64,000 nt of DNA, taken from an uncultured Sphingomonas sp. GTDB lineage: Bacteria; Pseudomonadota; Alphaproteobacteria; Sphingomonadales; Sphingomonadaceae. This document shows positions 9,206 to 18,062 of this stretch, piece by piece. Both the position numbers and the translations under genes were made by a program. Within the stretch, counting starts at the first letter, position 1. Every line of letters starts with the position of its first letter. The notes beneath the pieces were generated by a model. That model worked only from the letters and a program-made list of their open reading frames with translations, was not told where the DNA came from and made no database searches. The stretch is taken from positions 15,636-79,635 of the forward strand of contig CAYUWJ010000044.1 of NCBI GenBank assembly GCA_964448315.1, written 5' to 3'.

Positions 9206-10969
9206 TCAGTATGTCTCCTCGGCGGTTCGCAGTGGCGGCTGGTCGGGGAAGCCGAACAGTTTCCGCTGCAGAGCCCAGTCGAGAGGCAGGTTTGCGTCAA
9301 GGAGCGCCCTTCTCGTCAGGCTCCTGGGCTGCGCCCCATCCATGATGGACGTGACAATGTCGGGAGCGAGATAGTTCAGGCGAAGCAGCCGCATGAAACG
9401 GCTGAGGCTCATGTTTCTGCGTTTAGCGATCTCGGCCGGCGCAAGCTCGCGGTTCTGCTCGATCGTCGTCCAGGCCTCCCGGGCTTCGGTGACCAACTCT
9501 CGCAGCCGCCTGTTGATGCGATAGGTCTGAGCCTTGCGCGCGACGATCGGCAGGCGAACGTAGCGCTCGAGACGGATCGCACCGGCGCAGGGAATATCGA
9601 TCAGATGTGTGGGAGCTCGTGGCGTGTCTTCAGTGCGTCGGCGAAACAGACCGACTGAATCCCACTCGAGCAGATTCTCATATTCCAGCCCACGGGTCAC
9701 AAGCTTGATGCGCTCGCGCGCCACTTCGATACGAACGATCAGCGCATGCAGTACGCTACGGAGCTGGTCCCTGGTCAGGGCCTCCAGCCGCCGGCTGGCG
9801 ATCGGCCCCTTATGACACGCGTCGGCGAGCTCAGGCCCGTGTCGCCCCAGATCAAGAAGCAGCGATCTCAGCTGCTCGCGGTCGCAAAGCAGGTTCTGGA
9901 GTGCTGAGACTACAAGCTGCTCAATCTCGACTGAACGAGCGCCCATCCTCTTGACGCCATGTTGCTGGCACCAGGCACTCTGGTTTGAACGGTAGTACAC
10001 GCGCCACTTGCCCGACCTGAACTGCCGGTTGACCGGCATGCTTCGACCATAACAGTCGTACATCAGCCCACCGAGAACCTCTCGGGGCGCCGTAGTTGCC
10101 CTCTGCTCGATCTGCTTTTTTCGAAGGTCCGCGACACGCTCCCACTGGGCGGTCGAGACAATGCTCTCGTGGATCCCTCGGTACGGCTGACCGCCCGTCA
10201 TCACAAAGCCTGCGTAGATCGGGTTCATCAGGATATTGCGGATGTTGCCCGCTTGTAACGGGACGCCCGATTGCAGAATGCCCGTGCTCGGCCGCCAGGT
10301 TTTGGATCTGTAACCACGGGCCCTGCACGCCCGCCCTACAGCCGTAAGGTTGCCGCTCTCCAGATAGGAGTCGAAGATGAAGCGCACGATCTCCGATTCC
10401 TGCCGGTTCACGACCAGCTTCTTTTTGATGAGATCGTATCCGAGGGGCGGCCTGCCCCCGCTCCAGAGTCCCTTCTGAGTCATTGCACGGCGCTTGTCGC
10501 GAATGCGATCGCTCGTCATCTCCCGCTCGAATTGCGCGAAGGTGAGCAGGACATTCATCACCAGCCGGCCGAGGCTGTCGTCAGTGTCAAAGTTCTGTGT
10601 GATGCATGCAAACGACACGCCGTAGCGCTGAAAGACGTCCATCAGCCGCACGAAGTCCAGGAGACTCCTGCTCAGACGGTCGAGCTTGTAGACTACCACC
10701 ACATCGACACGGCCGCGCTCGATGTCTGCCAGCAGGTCCGTCATTGCCGGCCGATCGAGGGAGCCGCCTGACTGAGCTGCATCCTCATACTCTTTGTTGA
10801 TCTCAGTCCAGCCCTTGTGCTGCTGGCTCTGGATATATGCCGAGCAGATGGCATGCTGCGCCTTCAAGGAATTGAAGTCCTGCTCCAGCCCGTGCTCGCT
10901 GCTTTTGCGTGTGTAGATCGCGCATCTCTTTGTAGCGATCGGTGTGATGCTGAGGGTGGTCGCGTTCAT
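9206..10969 (-). CDS. large serine recombinase
   Basis: Start MNATTL at 10969. Resolvase catalytic N-terminus (RCAIYTRKSSEHGLEQDFNSLKAQ, VVVVYKLDRLSRS), then a recombinase domain. The C-terminal tail LAPDIVTSIMDGAQPRSLT..LPLDWALQRKLFGF is shared with the second recombinase at 44540. Confidence 0.9.
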   Translation of the reverse strand: MNATTLSITPIATKRCAIYTRKSSEHGLEQDFNSLKAQHAICSAYIQSQQHKGWTEINKEYEDAAQSGGSLDRPAMTDLLADIERGRVDVVVVYKLDRLSRSLLDFVRLMDVFQRYGVSFACITQNFDTDDSLGRLVMNVLLTFAQFEREMTSDRIRDKRRAMTQKGLWSGGRPPLGYDLIKKKLVVNRQESEIVRFIFDSYLESGNLTAVGRACRARGYRSKTWRPSTGILQSGVPLQAGNIRNILMNPIYAGFVMTGGQPYRGIHESIVSTAQWERVADLRKKQIEQRATTAPREVLGGLMYDCYGRSMPVNRQFRSGKWRVYYRSNQSAWCQQHGVKRMGARSVEIEQLVVSALQNLLCDREQLRSLLLDLGRHGPELADACHKGPIASRRLEALTRDQLRSVLHALIVRIEVARERIKLVTRGLEYENLLEWDSVGLFRRRTEDTPRAPTHLIDIPCAGAIRLERYVRLPIVARKAQTYRINRRLRELVTEAREAWTTIEQNRELAPAEIAKRRNMSLSRFMRLLRLNYLAPDIVTSIMDGAQPRSLTRRALLDANLPLDWALQRKLFGFPDQPPLRTAEETY

Positions 10970-11325
10970 GAGCGGGTCCTTGCGAATCACCCCACCCCGA
11001 TGGCGTTCAGAAGTTACGCCGAAGCGGCTCACGTGTCCTCGCACCTGCTCCTGCTATCCAACCCGCAGGATGCTCCAGCTCAACCAGCCGAATCCGCGGA
11101 TTTGGTGCACGGTGTTGAGTGGGGCTGTGTTGTGAGGCGGCTCGTATTGCTGTCGGCCATATGATCAGCCCGACACATGCCGGACGTCATGTGATGCGGC
11201 TGTTCAGGTCCTGCATTGAAGCTGAGGCTGTCCGCGGCCATTGGCCTGGTGCGAGATCGTCTGGCCCTTGACTCACTGGCGATAATTGCCCCAGCTGCGG
11301 CCTGCTCGGTTCCGGGGGGAACTGC

Positions 11326-11544
11326 ATGAAAATTCCGATCTTTTTCGTACTCGGCGCTGCCGTTCTGCTTGACTGGGGGCCAATTCCAGCGCCCGCGCTC
11401 GCTCATGGCGGGGGCGCGACAACGACGGGATCGGCTGCGAATGATTTCAGCTCAGGCTACACACCAACCCGTGTGCATATGGACGTACGCTTCCAACGAG
11501 CCAGAGCGTGGAGCGGGGGCGGTATTCGTAGCGTGACGACATGA
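11326..11544 (+). CDS. possible small signal-peptide ORF coupled to the membrane operon
   Basis: MKIPIFFVLGAAVLLDWGPIPAPALA looks like a signal peptide. Its stop overlaps the next start (ATGA at 11541-11544). No recognisable family. Confidence 0.25.
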   Translation: MKIPIFFVLGAAVLLDWGPIPAPALAHGGGATTTGSAANDFSSGYTPTRVHMDVRFQRARAWSGGGIRSVTT

Positions 11545-12956
11545 AGCCCCTCGAAGCTCTGCGCGCCTTTTTCAAACCGGCCGACGTCACCGTCGCGCTG
11601 CCGGACTCGCCGTTCATAGTCATCGACCGGCAAAAGGCCATTGAAACTCTCAAGCTCGAAAAGCGCGGAGAAGAAGCGGGCGCGAGGGAGCAGCCGCCGA
11701 CCGATGGTACCGAGCCTGACGCCGTCGAGGCCGAGATCTTTGCGGAGATGAGCGAGCACCTCAACCGGGCGCAGATCGATGCTGATAATAACCTCAGGGT
11801 CTACAGCCAACGACTGGGCGAGCTGGCGCTTCTACGGGAACTGTCGACAGTCACAGGGGCGAGTGAAACCGCTCTGGGCGATTACGATGCGACGATCATC
11901 GCCTGGAGAAATCGCCTGGCGAATGCGCGGGACGCTATCAAAGACTCCTACCAGGAGCTGACCGATTTCAAGGCTGAGCATGGACTGCGCCGGCCGGCGC
12001 ACGATGTTCCGCCACTGTTATACACCGGATCAGTCATCGGCGCGTCATGGGTAATCGAATCATTTGCCAACACCGCCTTCCTCCGTGTCGGCGACGAGTA
12101 TGGACTGGTCGGCGGGTTCGTCGCAGCAGCAATAATTGCCGCAATCAACGTATTCGTCTCGGCAATTGTTGGTCGGAAAATCTGGCCTTACCTCTTCCAC
12201 AGAGACTTATGGCGCCGGCTGGCCGCGTGGGTTGCCAGCGCCGCCTGGGCAGCAGGGCTCATTACCTGGAACATGCTCGCTGCCCATTTCCGCGACGCAA
12301 AGTCGCTTGGACTCGAAACGCCCGAAGTTCAGGCCCTGTCGCTGCTGGCCAGCAACACGTTCGTGCTGTCCAGCATCTACTCATACGGGCTTCTCGCGAT
12401 GGGCCTCGTCTTTGGAATTATTTCAGCAATCGCAGCCTTCAAGATGGACGACCCATATCCGGGCTACGGGCCGATTTATCGCCGGCACGAGGAGCGATGC
12501 GATGACTATGCCGATGAGATTGAGCAGGCGCTTGGCGAGCTGAAAGCGATACGGGATTCGGCGATTGGAATCCTGCGTGCCACGCGAGACCAGCTGCGAA
12601 TGCAGTTCGGTGAGCGCAATCAGATCATTGATGCGAGAAAAGCGCTTCTGGCCCGCTTCGAACAACACCAGGATTATCTCGACACTGTCGGCAATTCGCT
12701 CCTCGAACATTATCGCGCAGCCAACAGGCAGGCTCGTTCAACGCCGCCACCGGGCCATTTCAGACAAAAATGGAAGCTGCACCGCGCTCCACTGCCCCCG
12801 GTTCCCGAAGAGCCCAGCATCGAGGCAGACGTGGCAGCGGCCCAGCGAGCCCTTGATCACTCGATCGAGACGATCAGTAACGCTCACAACGGCGCGATCC
12901 GCAACTTCCAGGCACTCGACGAAATCAAAGGGTCGCTCGAACATGGCAAGGCGTAG
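11541..12956 (+). CDS. integral membrane protein with flanking coiled-coil regions (unknown family)
   Basis: 471 aa. Four hydrophobic helices in the centre (about residues 160-300), with helical charged segments on both sides. The 3' end overlaps the next gene by 14 nt. Confidence 0.7.
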   Translation: MKPLEALRAFFKPADVTVALPDSPFIVIDRQKAIETLKLEKRGEEAGAREQPPTDGTEPDAVEAEIFAEMSEHLNRAQIDADNNLRVYSQRLGELALLRELSTVTGASETALGDYDATIIAWRNRLANARDAIKDSYQELTDFKAEHGLRRPAHDVPPLLYTGSVIGASWVIESFANTAFLRVGDEYGLVGGFVAAAIIAAINVFVSAIVGRKIWPYLFHRDLWRRLAAWVASAAWAAGLITWNMLAAHFRDAKSLGLETPEVQALSLLASNTFVLSSIYSYGLLAMGLVFGIISAIAAFKMDDPYPGYGPIYRRHEERCDDYADEIEQALGELKAIRDSAIGILRATRDQLRMQFGERNQIIDARKALLARFEQHQDYLDTVGNSLLEHYRAANRQARSTPPPGHFRQKWKLHRAPLPPVPEEPSIEADVAAAQRALDHSIETISNAHNGAIRNFQALDEIKGSLEHGKA

Positions 12957-13761
12957 GACCGCGGCGGCTCTGCGCAAGCAGGACCACAACCGCAAGGCCG
13001 TTCGCAATATTGCGATCGCCGGACTGGCGCTGCTTCTGATCGGCTTTATCTACTTCAGGGCCGTGCTGGCCCACCAGTCACTCGACGAGGAAACGCTTTG
13101 CCCGCCTGATCCGACAAGCGTGACCGTACTTCTGGTGGACGTGACCGACCCGATGAACCTGCCGCAGCGGCAGGACTTCCTGAACCAGCTGGAAAAGCTT
13201 CGGTCTTCAATTCCGCGTTATGGCAAGCTCGTCGTGGCCAAGGTGGACCCGGTTTCTGATCGTCTGCTCGACCCGGTCATCACCCGCTGCAATCCGGGCA
13301 CCTCGGCTGATGTCAGTGAACTTACCGGCAATAAGCAGGCTGTGCAGAAACTGTGGGAGGAGCAATTCAAGGCGCCGCTGGATCGCGCTTTTGAGTCTCT
13401 GCTTACGGCCTCCGGCGCAGGCCGCTCACCGATTCTGGAGTCCATCCAGTCGGTAGCGCTGACGGAGCTTCAGACGCCGGATGTACTGGATAAGCCGAGG
13501 CGCCTTGTAGTCGCATCAGATCTTCTGCAGAACACCGACGCGATCAGTTTCTATCGCGGGCTTCCACACCCCAACCAACTCACGACCAGCCAGGCATTCA
13601 GCCGGGTTCGCACGGACCTTGGTGGCGTGGACGTTGAGCTGTGGATGCTGCAGCGCGACGACTCTCGAGTGACCCAGCCACGCCAGCTTCCAGACATCTG
13701 GGATCACATCATTGAGCGCCAGGGCGGCACATTGCGGCGCCTGTACACAGTGAGTGGGTAG
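12943..13761 (+). CDS. TM-anchored protein, possibly a vWA-like fold
   Basis: ATG at 12943 (MARRRTAAAL...). One N-terminal TM helix (IAIAGLALLLIGFIYF). Then VTVLLVDVTDP ... SPILESIQ ... RRLVVASDLLQNTD, which resembles a degenerate MIDAS/Rossmann pattern. The fold call is tentative. Confidence 0.6.
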   Translation: MARRRTAAALRKQDHNRKAVRNIAIAGLALLLIGFIYFRAVLAHQSLDEETLCPPDPTSVTVLLVDVTDPMNLPQRQDFLNQLEKLRSSIPRYGKLVVAKVDPVSDRLLDPVITRCNPGTSADVSELTGNKQAVQKLWEEQFKAPLDRAFESLLTASGAGRSPILESIQSVALTELQTPDVLDKPRRLVVASDLLQNTDAISFYRGLPHPNQLTTSQAFSRVRTDLGGVDVELWMLQRDDSRVTQPRQLPDIWDHIIERQGGTLRRLYTVSG

Positions 13762-13763
13762 CC

Positions 13764-15011
13764 ATGGAGAAGCATAAGATCGGCTGGATTGACCGACTAC
13801 AGGATCGGGGATTCGTCGATCAGTGGGGGTTTGTCCTGTTCGCATTTGCGGGCAGTGTCGCGATCGTTGCAGCCAAATATCTGGAAGTCTCTGCTACGTG
13901 GGTGGTGATCGGCGCCGTTGCGGTCATGCTGCTGTACGCGGCGATCATCGCAAGATCCGGTACCGGTCGGCTCCGCTCGGATCAGGCTGGCGACAATTGC
14001 TACTACCTCGGGCTGATTTACACCCTTTCCAGCCTCGCATATGCGATCTTCTTTTTCGATCCGGCAAACACGGCCACGACCATTGTCCAGGGTTTTGGGA
14101 TTGCGCTGGCAACGACAATCGCGGGCTTGATCCTGCGTGTGTTCTTCAATCAGGGACGGCCGGATCTGGAAAATGTCGAAGAGATCGCGAGGCTGGAACT
14201 CACCCAGGCCGCGGCGCAGCTGAAGACAGAGCTCGGCCAGGTCGTTCTCGGCATGAACGACTTCAGCCGACAGGTTCAGCAGGCCATCGCAGAGACACGC
14301 GATGCCGCAGTTAACGACATCAGCAATTTCACAGGCACCGCGATTGGCGGGCTGCAGGAAGTTGTTCAGACGACGAAGGATTCAATCAAGAACGAGGCAA
14401 CGGATTTCGCCTCCCGGTCGAAACGCTTTTCGAGCGCTGCAGATCGCCTGGTCACGGCAATTGAAGGCCATGGCAATAGTCTCGACCGTCTTCAGGAGAC
14501 CCAGGAGGCAATCGCCGAGACTGCCAGCGGTCTCAGCAACTCGACGAGCCAGGCGCAGACCGCTGTTGCTGGCTTCGCCACGCAATCCGAGGATGTTGCC
14601 GCAGGTATGCGGGCCCTTCGCGAAGGCGGCGAACATGTGCACAACACCGCTGAGCGAGTCTCCGTCATGCTGGGAAGCATTGAGGAAAGGGTTACGGCGT
14701 TCCACGGAGAACTGAGCCGGCAGCTCGACGAGGTCAGAGCAGCTCCGGGAACTGCGATTGCCAACGCAACGAGACTGCTCGGAGAAGCCGCAGCTGTTGT
14801 CAGGGCCGAACTGGAAGCACTTCAGACCGCTCACCAGAACGTCACGACGGAAATTTCCAACCAGGCTTCGGCCGCTCTCGAGACCACGAAACGACACAAC
14901 CAGGCGATGGAAGGCGAGCTCTCGCGCTCGCGCGAACTCCTTGAGAAAGTACACTCCAATCTCTCCGGAATGACGGCTGAGCTGGCCGCCCAGGTAGAGG
15001 GGCGCCGCTAG
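13764..15011 (+). CDS. MotA/ExbB/TolQ-like proton-channel protein with a roughly 270-aa C-terminal coiled-coil tail
   Basis: Four TM helices. The last two, YLGLIYTLSSLAYAIFFF..TIVQGFGIALATTIAGLILRVFFNQ, align by eye with the ExbB segment GLFGTVWGIM...GIAEALLATAIGLVAAIP. The rest is Ala/Gln/Glu-rich and helical. Starts 2 nt after the previous stop. Confidence 0.65.
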   Translation: MEKHKIGWIDRLQDRGFVDQWGFVLFAFAGSVAIVAAKYLEVSATWVVIGAVAVMLLYAAIIARSGTGRLRSDQAGDNCYYLGLIYTLSSLAYAIFFFDPANTATTIVQGFGIALATTIAGLILRVFFNQGRPDLENVEEIARLELTQAAAQLKTELGQVVLGMNDFSRQVQQAIAETRDAAVNDISNFTGTAIGGLQEVVQTTKDSIKNEATDFASRSKRFSSAADRLVTAIEGHGNSLDRLQETQEAIAETASGLSNSTSQAQTAVAGFATQSEDVAAGMRALREGGEHVHNTAERVSVMLGSIEERVTAFHGELSRQLDEVRAAPGTAIANATRLLGEAAAVVRAELEALQTAHQNVTTEISNQASAALETTKRHNQAMEGELSRSRELLEKVHSNLSGMTAELAAQVEGRR

Positions 15012-15014
15012 CCG

Positions 15015-15938
15015 ATGCAACGTTACGACATCAGGCAGGACAAGACCTATCGGCGTGGCCTCGTTCTGGGGCTCACAATGGCTGAGGTCATGATCCTCCT
15101 GATCTTCGTGCTGCTGATGGCTCTGGCAGCAGCACTGTCAAACCGCGACAAGCGGCTCGAAGCCGTGGAGGACGGAACCGGAAGCCGATTAGTGGAGGCG
15201 ATACAGGCCGCATATCCACAGACAGACAAGCCGGACGACTATTATAAGGAACTGGTTCGCGCGATCGAAGCACGCAAGGCAGTTGAAAAGGTCGGCCTGA
15301 ACTCTGCTCGCAGGAATCTGACCGAAGATGCAGAACTGGGTGAGCGAGTGCGTGAGGCAGCGCAGGATGCCGGCGCCGCAGACCCATGGAAGTTCGCCGA
15401 GAATGCGGTTGCTCGCGCAGGAGCCGGAAAGAAGGGCGAGTGGCCACCCTTCTTCAGCCTGAGCGAGGCCGGCGGATATTACTTTGACAGCGGCAAAGCC
15501 ACGCTGCGACCGGAATTTGAGCGCAACCTCCGTTCCACAATCATTCCGCTCCTGAGGCGCAACATAGATGACTATGGAGTCGATGTGGTCGAGGTGATTG
15601 GGCATACCGACGAGGTGCCTATGGTCGGCTCATCCAACCTCGACCAGACGCTGATCGAAGCTTCTGCAAGCCGGCTGCCGGTTCAGGCACTGCGTTCAAC
15701 CGACAATGCAGGCCTCGCGATCGCGCGCGCTGTTGCAGTCGTGCGTATCCTCCGAGCTGATCCGCGACTTCAGGGAATCACGATCCTCCCATTGTCGGGC
15801 GCACAGATGATCGTTCCGGTCGATCGGGTGGCGGATGGCTCAGCGAAAGGAAGTGACCAGCGCCGGCGCCGTATCGAAGTTCGACTGCGTCGTTCCACCG
15901 AGCAGGTTGCAACGGTTACTGAGGCGGCGCGCCCGTGA
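15015..15938 (+). CDS. MotB/OmpA-like peptidoglycan-binding protein
   Basis: N-terminal TM helix LTMAEVMILLIFVLLMALAAAL, with Glu where MotB has Asp. C-terminal OmpA-like domain (YFDSGKATLRPEF...VEVIGHTDEVP...NAGLAIARAVAVVRIL...RRRRIEVRL). Starts 3 nt after the previous stop. Confidence 0.8.
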   Translation: MQRYDIRQDKTYRRGLVLGLTMAEVMILLIFVLLMALAAALSNRDKRLEAVEDGTGSRLVEAIQAAYPQTDKPDDYYKELVRAIEARKAVEKVGLNSARRNLTEDAELGERVREAAQDAGAADPWKFAENAVARAGAGKKGEWPPFFSLSEAGGYYFDSGKATLRPEFERNLRSTIIPLLRRNIDDYGVDVVEVIGHTDEVPMVGSSNLDQTLIEASASRLPVQALRSTDNAGLAIARAVAVVRILRADPRLQGITILPLSGAQMIVPVDRVADGSAKGSDQRRRRIEVRLRRSTEQVATVTEAARP

Positions 15939-16234
15939 TGGATGAAATTGACCGCAATATCGCACGACTCTGGAGTGCGGTTCGACAGAAACAGCAAAGG
16001 GATGCCCGGACTGCGGGAACTTTAAAAAGACCTCACCCTGCCGGGCCGGCGCGGGCGCCTTTGGCCCCACCCCCCAGACCATCTTCAGGCGCGCCTGCGA
16101 CCTATTCAGATCCTGATTTGCCCCTTGAGCCCGTTGAAATCGACCAGTCTGTGGCAGACTCTACACGAGCTCCAGTCTCTTCCTTCAAGCGCTTGTTGCG
16201 TAGTTTAAGACGGTGGAGTCATCTGCAGCGGTGA
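15935..16234 (+). CDS. possible Pro-rich ORF coupled to the MotB-like gene
   Basis: GTGATG at 15935-15940 overlaps the TGA of the upstream gene. 99 aa, low complexity. No family recognised. Confidence 0.3.
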   Translation: MMDEIDRNIARLWSAVRQKQQRDARTAGTLKRPHPAGPARAPLAPPPRPSSGAPATYSDPDLPLEPVEIDQSVADSTRAPVSSFKRLLRSLRRWSHLQR

Positions 16235-16249
16235 CCCTGCCAGTAGTGC

Positions 16250-16575
16250 TGCCATCGCACTGCAGCGCCACTTCTGATCATTGCACGGCTCGCTCGAGAT
16301 CATGGCGCCACAGATCTCCTCGTCGAGGACCAGTCGTCAGGAAGCCAGCTCATTCAGACACTGCGAAGCGAGCAGCCCCACGGGGTCCCGCATCCGAATG
16401 CGCGGCGGCCCGAGGGTGACAAATACTCGCGGATGGCTGGCGTCAGCGGACAGATCGAAGGCGGCCAGCTCCTGCTCCTGGAAGATGCACCGTGGCTGGG
16501 CGAGTTTCTGACGGAGCTTCTTGGGTTCCCAAATGCGCGTCACGACGATCAGGCGGACGCGCTTAGACAGTTGGG
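16250..16575 (+). pseudogene. terminase large subunit 3' fragment (remnant)
   Basis: Translates to ARLARDHGATDLLVEDQSSGSQLIQTLRSEQPHGVPHP..EGDKYSRMAGVSGQIEGGQLLLLEDAPWLGEFLTELLGFPNARHDDQADALRQL. This is colinear with TerL residues encoded at about 1930-2220 but diverged at the DNA level. No N-terminal part is present. Confidence 0.75.
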
Positions 16576-16643
16576 CTCCACCAAATACAGTGTCACCGAC
16601 CGCTCGTTTCTCAATCGCGGTCTCAATGACTGCACGACGGTTC

Positions 16644-16970
16644 GGGATGAACCTCGGCCCGCTTCCGACAGCAAGTGCGACAGGAGCCTGCTCGCTCGGC
16701 ACTCAGGCCACTCAGGGGCCGGACCGGATCACGAAGAACATCTATGATTCGGCTGGTCAGCTGACGAAGGTCCAGAAAGGTTTCTCACCGCAGATCAGGC
16801 CGATTACGCCACCTACACCTACACGCCCAACGGGAAGCAGCAGTATGTAACTGACGCCAACAGCAACAGGGCGCAGTTCCAGTATGACGGCCACGATCGT
16901 CTCCAGCGCTGGTATTTCCCGAGCAAGACCACCAAGGGCGCCGTCAACACCGCCGATTACGAGCAGTACG
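16644..16970 (+). pseudogene. RHS core fragment (frameshifted remnant)
   Basis: RMNLGPLPTASATGACSLGTQATQGPDRITKNIYDSAGQLTKVQKG, then a frameshift near 16790, then ADQADYATYTYTPNGKQQYVTDANSNRAQFQYDGHDRLQRWYFP. It parallels the intact RHS segment RMNPAVFGSLPSTACSLGTEGSHGPDRLTRLYYDAVGR...YLYDGHDRLGEVRYP. Confidence 0.7.
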
Positions 16971-17097
16971 TCCTGAGCGGCAGACAGTCTCATTGCCAAT
17001 CTCGCCGAACAGGCGGATAATAGAACAACAGCGTGCCGAATCTGACTGACGGAAAGCTGTGTGCAACCGGCACGCAGCCCATTGGCGGGAGGTCGAT

Positions 17098-17904
17098 ATG
17101 TGGCGGCTGCAATTCAAGCTCAGGCAAAAGGTAACTTCGAAGCGAGTCCTGTTGCTCGCGGCCGCTTCGGCGTTCATCATACCTGCCACACCGGCGCGGG
17201 CTGACGATGCGCGGCTGTACACGTTTCACTGCATGCGATCGTGTCCCGTCGGTGCGCCCGGGAACGCTGACATTGTCGTCCGGGAAATCTACACGCTCGC
17301 TTCGGACCCGCTGACCAAAATGTCCGTGTGGGTCGCGTACCGAGTCACTCGCGAGACGATCGGCCCGTCGCAGTCGCGCGGATGGGCGGCTGATCCGGCG
17401 CTTGCTCCCGACAGGACTCTTGAACCGGACGACTATGAAGGAGCAAATGCGGCGCTTAGCGTCGACCGCGGCCACCAGGCGCCACTGGCGGCGTTCTCAG
17501 GAACGCCATTCTGGCCGCACACCAACTACCTCTCAAACATTACTCCGCAGCCCTCCGAACTTAACCAGGGACCATGGCAGCGGCTGGAGGCCCGAGAAAC
17601 GAGATTGGCTAGAGAGACCGGCGCAGCGGTCTACGTCCTCACCGGGCCCCTGTTCGAGCAGCTTATGCCCGCTCTTCCGCGCGCCGATGAACGGCACAGG
17701 GTGCCGTCCGGATACTGGAAGGTGGTGATGACCGAAGATGGCCGCGCCACCGCTTTTGTCATGAATTACGATACGCCGCGCAATGCGAACTACTGCTCTT
17801 ACCGAGCCACACTCGATCATGTTGAACTGCGTGCGAGGCTTGTGCTCCAGCCTGCACGCACAGCACCGCTTCCCCCACTCGATTCGGAACTGGGGTGCCA
17901 GTGA
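17098..17904 (+). CDS. secreted DNA/RNA non-specific endonuclease (NucA/EndoG family)
   Basis: ATG at 17098. Signal peptide ending in ATPARA. Catalytic motif SVDRGHQAPLAAF, followed by NITPQPSELNQGPW. Confidence 0.85.
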   Translation: MWRLQFKLRQKVTSKRVLLLAAASAFIIPATPARADDARLYTFHCMRSCPVGAPGNADIVVREIYTLASDPLTKMSVWVAYRVTRETIGPSQSRGWAADPALAPDRTLEPDDYEGANAALSVDRGHQAPLAAFSGTPFWPHTNYLSNITPQPSELNQGPWQRLEARETRLARETGAAVYVLTGPLFEQLMPALPRADERHRVPSGYWKVVMTEDGRATAFVMNYDTPRNANYCSYRATLDHVELRARLVLQPARTAPLPPLDSELGCQ

Positions 17905-18062
17905 GCTCAAAGGCGGACCCGCGCCGGCTAACGACGCCTGCTTCACACCATTCGCTGCATTCGAACGTGCCTGATTGGCGCACCGGAAAACGCCGACGCT
18001 ATGGATAAAAAACAGCATTCACGACGCGCGCATACTCACCGCGTTGAAAGCCGCAGGCCAGG

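Noticed and set aside
12565-12942. N-terminal 126-aa extension of the gene B ORF.
   Set aside because: It lies entirely inside gene A in another frame and is Ser/Arg-rich. The ATG at 12943 gives a basic N-terminus followed by a TM helix, as expected.
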